Assembly (NCBI GenBank): GCA_965219535.1
Contig: CBDCNV010000002.1
Location: 1,140,001 to 1,172,000, forward strand
DNA from: Opitutales bacterium
GTDB taxonomy: Bacteria > Verrucomicrobiota > Verrucomicrobiia > Opitutales > PNEW01
Length of the DNA: 32,000 nt
Direction: 5' to 3'
A model generated the notes under the pieces. The model saw nothing but the letters and a program-made list of their open reading frames with translations, was not told the DNA's origin and ran no database searches. Each line of letters opens with the position of its first letter. The stretch's first letter is position 1. Below are positions 26,611 to 32,000 of the stretch, piece by piece. Position numbers and translations under genes: made by a program.

Positions 26611-26722
26611 ATTGTCATTGCGAAGGAGGCATAGCCGACTGCGGCAATCTAGGGGAATGCCGGTCACGTATAGACATCCCCCTGGATCGCCACGGCTGAC
26701 AAGCATCCTCGCGATGACAAAA
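26611..26722. repeat. long imperfect hairpin, repeat family 2 (TTGTCATYGCGARGG termini)
   Basis: ATTGTCATTGCGAAGGAGGCATAGCCGACTGCGG at 26611-26644, against the reverse complement of 26687-26722 (TTTTGTCATCGCGAGGATGCTTGTCAGCCGTGGCG). Confidence 0.65.
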
Positions 26723-26797
26723 TAAATAAATCCACAATCGCAAATCCATATCAAGGGTAAACCCGACATTCCTCAAATCGTTTGGATTACTCTGCAT

Positions 26798-26905
26798 CCT
26801 GAACCCTGAACCCGGAATTCACTTACCGGCTTTTCGGTTCTCTGGAAATCTGACCTTCTCGCCTTTCGGTCTTCTGGACTTCTGTACTTCCGGTTTTCTA
26901 TTCCA
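26798..26905 (-). repeat. family 1 copy C (5' portion, reverse orientation) abutting CCTGAAC heptamers
   Basis: The reverse complement reads TAGAAAACCGGAAG..CAGAAGACCGAAAGGCG..GAAAAGCCGGTAAGTGAATTCCGGGTTCAGGGTTCAGG. This parallels copy B: TAGAAAGCCGGATG..CAGATAACCGGTAGACCGGAGCG..GGAAAGCCAGAGAGTCAATTCCGAGTTC. Confidence 0.55.
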
Positions 26906-26950
26906 AATATCCATTCGACAAAAAGCGAAAATAGATAAACCGTTTAAGCT

Positions 26951-27907
26951 ATGAAAGTTGTATTGAAATTTGATTTAGGTGAAGCCTTTGTAAATGATTT
27001 AAAAGCAACATTTCCGGACATTGATTTTCGGCCGGTCAGTACTCGCGAAGAGGAACTTCAAGAAATCGTCGACGCTGAGATCCAGTTTGGGGAAATCAGT
27101 CGGGAAGCTTTCGAAGTGGCAAAAAAACTGCGCTGGTTTCATTTTATTGGTATGGGTTTCGATGGGTACAAGAATAATTTTCCTGAAATGTTTGATGGAG
27201 AGTTTATCTTTACTCGCGCTCCGGGAACCCACGTCATTCCCATGGCAGAGCATACATTTGCCATGATCCTGGCTTATGCCCATCGCATTCCCGATTTTGT
27301 CGACGAAAAACAAGCGCATCGTTGGATTACAGAAAATTTCATGGATAAAATTATTGAATTAGCCGGTACTACGATGGGAATCATCTCCATGGGTGGAATC
27401 GGTAGGGGCATTGCGCAACGCGCGCAGGGCTTCGATATGGACGTTTACGCTGTCGACAGTCAACCGATGTCGCCACCACCGGGTGTCAACGAAGTGTGGG
27501 GCATGGATCGACTGGATGATCTTCTCGCGCGGTCCGACTGGTTGATTGTCACCACACCTTATACCAAGGAGAGCCATCACTTACTTGACCGACAACGCAT
27601 CGAACGCATGAAGCCCGGCGCTTTTATCGCCATAATGTCGAGAGGAGGGATTGTCGATGAAGAGGCCCTGATTGATGCGCTCCGATCGGGCCACGTAGGG
27701 GGAGCTGGAATTGACGCCTTTGGCCAGGAGCCCCTGCCCGCGGACAGCCCTTTCTGGGATCTACCCAACGTCATAATCACGCCTCATATATCGGCACATT
27801 CTCCCCAACTCTGGCTGCGCCGCGGGCAGATATTTAAAGACAACCTCAAACGCTACCTCGCCGGTGAACCGCTCATGCATATCTGTGATTCAAAAACGGA
27901 GTTTTAG
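26951..27907 (+). CDS. D-isomer-specific 2-hydroxyacid dehydrogenase family protein
   Basis: 318 aa. NAD motif GIISMGGIGRGIAQRA, RGGIVDEEAL, GAGIDAFGQEPLP and catalytic His in ITPHISAHS. Confidence 0.88.
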   Translation: MKVVLKFDLGEAFVNDLKATFPDIDFRPVSTREEELQEIVDAEIQFGEISREAFEVAKKLRWFHFIGMGFDGYKNNFPEMFDGEFIFTRAPGTHVIPMAEHTFAMILAYAHRIPDFVDEKQAHRWITENFMDKIIELAGTTMGIISMGGIGRGIAQRAQGFDMDVYAVDSQPMSPPPGVNEVWGMDRLDDLLARSDWLIVTTPYTKESHHLLDRQRIERMKPGAFIAIMSRGGIVDEEALIDALRSGHVGGAGIDAFGQEPLPADSPFWDLPNVIITPHISAHSPQLWLRRGQIFKDNLKRYLAGEPLMHICDSKTEF

Positions 27908-28042
27908 TAGAGGGGGTAGAAGGTGTCGGGTGTCGGGTGTCGGGAAAGAGGGTTCGGGGTTCAGGGTTCGGGGAAAATGCCGATAGTTAGAAATGAACAG
28001 TGAACAGTAAACAGTAAACAGTGAACAGTAAGAGGGAAGCTG
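27908..28042. repeat. left inverted arm of the four-helix-bundle cassette
   Basis: GAGGGGGTAGAAGG terminus, (GTGTCGG)x3 at 27922-27944, (GGGTTCR)x3 at 27950-27973, (RAACAGT)x5 at 27995-28029. Confidence 0.8.
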
Positions 28043-28477
28043 ATGATGCAGAGAAACCCGCACGCTGCAAATTTCAGGGATCTGATCGTTTATCAGAAAG
28101 CAAGGAATGTTGCTGAGGAAATCTTCATCATCTCAAAACAATTCCCAAAGGAAGAAATCTATTCACTTACTGACCAGGTGCGGAGATCGTCAAGATCGAT
28201 TGGGGCCCAAATAGCGGAAGCATGGGGGAAACGACGTTACGAGAAACATTTTGTGAGTAAACTTACAGATGCAGATGCTGAACAATATGAAACACAGCAT
28301 TGGATTGAGACTGCTGTAGATAGCGGGTATTTAAGTAATGATAATTCGGACAAGCTATGTGAAAAGCTTTCCAAAATCGGACGTATGTTGAATAGTATGA
28401 TAGACAAGTCCCCATCATTTTGTGAGAAATCTCCATTTATTATCAGAGAAGATGCCGCCGATTATTTCACCCTATAG
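28043..28477 (+). CDS. four-helix-bundle protein (23S rRNA intervening-sequence protein / Avd-like family)
   Basis: 144 aa. FRDLIVYQKARNVAEEIFIISKQFPKEEIYSLTDQVRRSSRSIGAQIAEAWG is the hallmark N-terminal pattern of the PF05635/TIGR02436 family. The gene is flanked by long inverted repeat arms. Confidence 0.9.
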   Translation: MMQRNPHAANFRDLIVYQKARNVAEEIFIISKQFPKEEIYSLTDQVRRSSRSIGAQIAEAWGKRRYEKHFVSKLTDADAEQYETQHWIETAVDSGYLSNDNSDKLCEKLSKIGRMLNSMIDKSPSFCEKSPFIIREDAADYFTL

Positions 28478-28596
28478 AGCGTCAACCATTTTCCCACTGT
28501 TCACTGTTTACCGTTCACTGTTCACTATCTTCTGAACCCTGTACCGAGGGCGTAGCCCGACATCTTCCACCCCCGAACCCTTCTTCCTACCCCTCC
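28478..28596. repeat. right inverted arm of the four-helix-bundle cassette
   Basis: (ACTGTTC-like)x4 at 28496-28526, CTGAACCCT at 28532-28540, CCCGACAT at 28556-28563, CCCCCGAACCC at 28570-28580, TTCTTCCTACCCCTCC terminus at 28581-28596. These are the reverse complements of the left-arm words in mirrored order. Confidence 0.8.
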
Positions 28597-31500
28597 GCTT
28601 TCTTCAGGATAGCTGGATCCCACTTGTATTCTTTAAATCTTACTCGGAAGAAAAGGGAGTAAAGGACGGGGCAGAGTGCGAGGGTGAGGACAGTGGAAAA
28701 TGCGAGGCCGAATATGATAACGTTAGCCAACGGTCGCCACATTTCACCTCCCTGAAGAGAGAGTGGAATCAGTCCAATTACTGTGGTTGTCGCGGTTGTA
28801 AGGATTGGGCGCATTCTTGATAGAGCGGTCACCATTATCGCATTGGCGTCATCGATTCCCTTTGCTCGCAACGCTTCGATGCTGTCGATTAACATGATCG
28901 CATTATTAACGATAATCCCCATGAGGCTAAGGGCACCGAGCAAGGCCATGAAACCAAATGCGGCATCCGTTATGAGCAATCCCAAGGCGATGCCGAAGAT
29001 CGCTGGCACGATGGTAATTCCTATAATAATGGGTCGGGTTACCGAATTGAACATGGAGACAAGGGTTAGAAAAAGTAGACCCATCGCCAGGGGAAAACTG
29101 GCAGCGATAGAGGCTTGAGCGATGGCACTTTTTTCCTGTTCTCCGCCGAATTCATAAAAGAAACCGGTTGGCCACTCGGGTGTCTCCATCATCAAATCGA
29201 GCTTGGGTTGAATCATGGCTAAAGAGTCGGTAGCGTAATAACCCGGACGGAGATAAGCTTTTATCGTCATCGTTCGCTTGCCGTTTTCTCTTCGTATATT
29301 TGAGGGTTGCCAGGTTAATTCCGGTTTACCCACTTGCAGTAAGGGGACGTTTCGATTACTGGCCGTCGAATAAACATTCAAACTTTCAATTCTCCCTAGA
29401 TCTCGCCGATAGGCCTCTTCCGATCGCATCACGATCGGTATGATTTCATCACCTTCCCGAAAATTGCTTACACTTAATCCTGAAATCTGGGTTTGCAGAG
29501 AGAGGGCTACGTCTTCACTTGTTAATCCGGCATATTTAACTTTGTCCTGGTTAATATTTACATTGAGTTTCTTCGTCCACTCGCCCCAGTCATCGAAAAT
29601 ATTTATCACACCGGGTGTTTCTCTGAGTATTTCCGCAATCCGATCACGAGTGCGATAAAGGTCTGGAATATCATCTCCCGTCAATCGTATCTGAATGGGT
29701 GCGCCCACCGGAGGTCCCATTTCCAATTTAGTAAGCGTTACCCGGCTATCCGGCATGTGCTCATTGGCAAATTCACTGCCTTTTTTTAATATCGTATCGA
29801 CACTTGGAATATCGACTGTTTCCACGAGCATGAAAGCATAGGCCATATTGCTCTGCTCAATATTTTGTGAGAGATTCCACCGGGGGCCTCCGTTGCCGAC
29901 AAAACTGGTTACCTGAAAGACTTCTTCCTGTGCGAGAAAATATTCCTCAAGGGTTGCTGCTTTCTCTCCCGTTGTTCTTATATCAGAACCGTACGGTGTC
30001 CATAAGTCGATGAGAATAATCTCCCGGTCGTTGGGTGGAAAGAATACCTTTTTAACATACCCGAAGGAGTAGACACCGACAAAAGTAGCAATAATGGTGA
30101 TAAGGATAACGACCAATCGATTCCTAAGTGCCCAATGGAGAATGATGCGATACAGCGAGTAGAGCTTTCCATCATACGTTTCCTTTTTGACTTGGACTTT
30201 TATGAAATAATAGCAGAGAAGCGGGACGATGGTCATGGAAAGAATCCACGAAGAGACCAGGGTAATGGCGATTACCTGAAAGAGAGATAAACAGAATTCC
30301 CCCACACTCGATTTTGCCATCGCGATAGGCAGGAAGGCGAAAATTGTTGTCATCGATGCGGCCAGAAGTGGCTTCCATAATTCGGAAACTGCCCCCGTCA
30401 TGGCCTTAAGACGGTCATCTCCGCGCGCGAGCCGTACAAGAATATTTTCGCTTACGACAACCCCGTTATCCACCATAATGCCGAGCGCGATTATGAGAGA
30501 AGCAATCGATATTTGCTGCAGAATGATATTAAAGATGGGCATCGCGACAAAGCACATCAGGATAGCGAAAGGAATGAGTGATGACGCGATGAGACCCGTT
30601 CGAATTCCCGTTGCAGCAAGCATAACGACAAAGACAAAGAAAAAGGCCTGGCCGAGATTACCCATAAAATCACTGATCTTTCGCTGGACGAATTTTGGTT
30701 CCCACATGATTTCCTGAAGGTCCAGCCCGATGGGCAATTCATCTTTGATTCGATCGACAGCAATTTTAACTCGCTCCCCAACTTCGATAATGTTTCCTCC
30801 CACCGCCATATTTATAGCTAGAACAATAGTCGGGTTCTGGTTATTGGTAACAAGGCTCGTCGGTGGATCGACAAAGTCCCGTTTGATCACGGTAATATCC
30901 TCTAATGAAATGGCTTCTTCATTGCCCGGTGCACGGAACGAGGTCTTGCGTATATCTTCTACCGTTTTGTATTCACCACTGGATTCGACAAGAATGCGTT
31001 CAGGTCCGACCAGGGCATCACCACTCGGTTGCACAATATTCTGTGAGTCTATAGCAGCCGCGATGACGAAAGGAGACACGCCACGCTCAGCGAGGAGGGC
31101 ATTGGAAAATTCAACAAATATTCGTTCATCCTGTATCCCGTATTTATCTACTTTCGCGACACCTTTGACCCTGAGCAGTTGATTTCTAATGTCGTCCGCG
31201 TAGTCTTTCATTTCTCGATAGGTGAATCCATCACTGTGAAGAGCCACTACCATCCCAAACACATCACCGAAATCATCGTTTATTAAAGGTGCCTGTACCC
31301 CCGCAGATAACGTCGGTGTTACTTCATCGACTTTATTGCGCATCTTGTCCCAATTTTTGCGAACTTCTGACTTAGGGGTGCTCTCATAAAGATCAACCGT
31401 GATAATCGAAGTGCCGGCTAGTGACTGGGATTTTACCTTATCCACAGCGGCAATTTCCCTGATTTTTTCTTCCAGTTTATCGGTGACAAGCTCTTCAACT

Positions 31501-31673
31501 TTTTGCGGCGTGGCACCGGGAAATTGAGTAATAATTACCGCGGATCTGATCGTAAAATCCGGATTTTCACCTTTCGGGAGATTAAAATAGGAAAGCACTC
31601 CGGCAAAAACCAGGAGCACCACACCAACGATAGTCGTGGCATTATTGCGTAAGCACCATTCAGCAATATTCAT
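28587..31673 (-). CDS. RND-family efflux transporter permease (AcrB/HAE-type)
   Basis: 1028 aa, 12-TM architecture with two large periplasmic loops and typical AcrB-family segments. The ATG overlaps the adaptor gene's TGA by 1 nt (TGATG). Confidence 0.93.
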   Translation of the reverse strand: MNIAEWCLRNNATTIVGVVLLVFAGVLSYFNLPKGENPDFTIRSAVIITQFPGATPQKVEELVTDKLEEKIREIAAVDKVKSQSLAGTSIITVDLYESTPKSEVRKNWDKMRNKVDEVTPTLSAGVQAPLINDDFGDVFGMVVALHSDGFTYREMKDYADDIRNQLLRVKGVAKVDKYGIQDERIFVEFSNALLAERGVSPFVIAAAIDSQNIVQPSGDALVGPERILVESSGEYKTVEDIRKTSFRAPGNEEAISLEDITVIKRDFVDPPTSLVTNNQNPTIVLAINMAVGGNIIEVGERVKIAVDRIKDELPIGLDLQEIMWEPKFVQRKISDFMGNLGQAFFFVFVVMLAATGIRTGLIASSLIPFAILMCFVAMPIFNIILQQISIASLIIALGIMVDNGVVVSENILVRLARGDDRLKAMTGAVSELWKPLLAASMTTIFAFLPIAMAKSSVGEFCLSLFQVIAITLVSSWILSMTIVPLLCYYFIKVQVKKETYDGKLYSLYRIILHWALRNRLVVILITIIATFVGVYSFGYVKKVFFPPNDREIILIDLWTPYGSDIRTTGEKAATLEEYFLAQEEVFQVTSFVGNGGPRWNLSQNIEQSNMAYAFMLVETVDIPSVDTILKKGSEFANEHMPDSRVTLTKLEMGPPVGAPIQIRLTGDDIPDLYRTRDRIAEILRETPGVINIFDDWGEWTKKLNVNINQDKVKYAGLTSEDVALSLQTQISGLSVSNFREGDEIIPIVMRSEEAYRRDLGRIESLNVYSTASNRNVPLLQVGKPELTWQPSNIRRENGKRTMTIKAYLRPGYYATDSLAMIQPKLDLMMETPEWPTGFFYEFGGEQEKSAIAQASIAASFPLAMGLLFLTLVSMFNSVTRPIIIGITIVPAIFGIALGLLITDAAFGFMALLGALSLMGIIVNNAIMLIDSIEALRAKGIDDANAIMVTALSRMRPILTTATTTVIGLIPLSLQGGEMWRPLANVIIFGLAFSTVLTLALCPVLYSLFFRVRFKEYKWDPAILKKAEG

Positions 31674-32000
31674 CAGTTTTTCAGGAGTTTTACTTTCATG
31701 CCCTCTTCCAGACGATGAACGCCACGGGTAACAACTCGCTCACCAGGAGTTACGCCTCCCTTTATTTGCAGACCTGCCGAGGTGAGCTCACCGGGAACGA
31801 TATCACGCCGGGTGACGGACTCTGAACCTTTATCAAATATCCAGATATACCGTTCATCCAATCGGCCCGCTACCACCATCGGTGGTAATAGAATATAGCG
31901 TTCGGATTCTATAGTATTAAAAATAAGCGTTGCCTCCCCGATCATCCCCGGACGAATGCGCGAATCTTCCGTCAGCATCGCAAGCTTGACAACATAAGTT
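31673..32000 (-). CDS. RND efflux periplasmic adaptor (membrane fusion protein), C-terminal part only
   Basis: The frame is open to the window edge (TYVVKLAMLTEDSRIRPGMIGEATL). It shows the beta-barrel/MP-domain pattern of MFPs and is translationally coupled to the pump. The 5' end lies outside the window. Confidence 0.8.
   Translation of the reverse strand, partial: TYVVKLAMLTEDSRIRPGMIGEATLIFNTIESERYILLPPMVVAGRLDERYIWIFDKGSESVTRRDIVPGELTSAGLQIKGGVTPGERVVTRGVHRLEEGMKVKLLKN

Noticed and set aside
26578-26797. Two overlapping minus-strand ORFs (63 and 60 aa)
   Set aside because: Both are created by the GC-rich family 2 hairpin and overlap each other in different frames. There is no coding signature.
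27922-28029. Heptamer tandem arrays considered as a possible CRISPR array
   Set aside because: The units are 7 bp and directly tandem with no spacers. No cas genes are in the window. This is simple tandem repeat structure, not CRISPR.
28043-28477. Avd-like four-helix-bundle gene as a marker of a diversity-generating retroelement
   Set aside because: No reverse transcriptase ORF and no template/variable repeat pair is visible anywhere in the 32 kb. The family is much broader than DGRs.
1-32000. tRNA, rRNA, tmRNA or other classical RNA genes in the intergenic gaps
   Set aside because: I scanned the gaps by eye for T-loop-like GGTTCGAATCC-type motifs and cloverleaf-sized GC-rich segments and found none. 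The GGTTCA-containing stretches are tandem repeats, not tRNA arms. A tRNAscan/Infernal run would be needed to be certain.

Overview
This is a chromosomal window of mostly housekeeping and metabolic genes. I call 29 protein-coding genes. I saw no rRNA, tRNA, CRISPR array, transposase, integrase or phage genes. Recognisable genes are gcvP, nth, an ArsC/Spx-family gene, a lone beta-class DNA methyltransferase, clpB, an SDR plus Fe-alcohol-dehydrogenase pair, two HEAT-repeat proteins, two PhyH-family dioxygenases flanking an aldo/keto reductase, an MBL-fold hydrolase, lpxD, a TPR protein, an MDR oxidoreductase, a CheY-like receiver, an amidohydrolase, a BNR/Asp-box sialidase-like protein, a D-2-hydroxyacid dehydrogenase, and an RND pump with part of its adaptor. 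Gene content suggests a marine PVC-group (Verrucomicrobia/Lentisphaerae-like) bacterium, but this is a low-confidence guess. The unusual signal is in the intergenic DNA rather than in a protein operon. Most gaps that follow a stop codon are filled by mosaics of short tandem 'words', chiefly heptamers such as GAACAGT, GGGTTCA, GTGTCGG and TTTTGAC, plus hexamer GACGAA. These words are arranged as long imperfect inverted arms, and they fall into at least three dispersed repeat families. One such cassette (27908-28596) carries a four-helix-bundle gene of the 23S-rRNA-IVS/Avd family as the loop of the hairpin. Other cassettes use the same words but carry no gene. Two of them reach into the 3' ends of lpxD and the RND pump. 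Secondary observations are a HEAT-repeat ORF whose apparent signal anchor lies upstream of any canonical start codon, a lone terminator with a 43-codon Cys-rich mini-ORF, a methyltransferase with no restriction partner, and frequent TAG stop codons. All calls come from reading the sequence and ORF translations by eye; no searches or folding programs were run.
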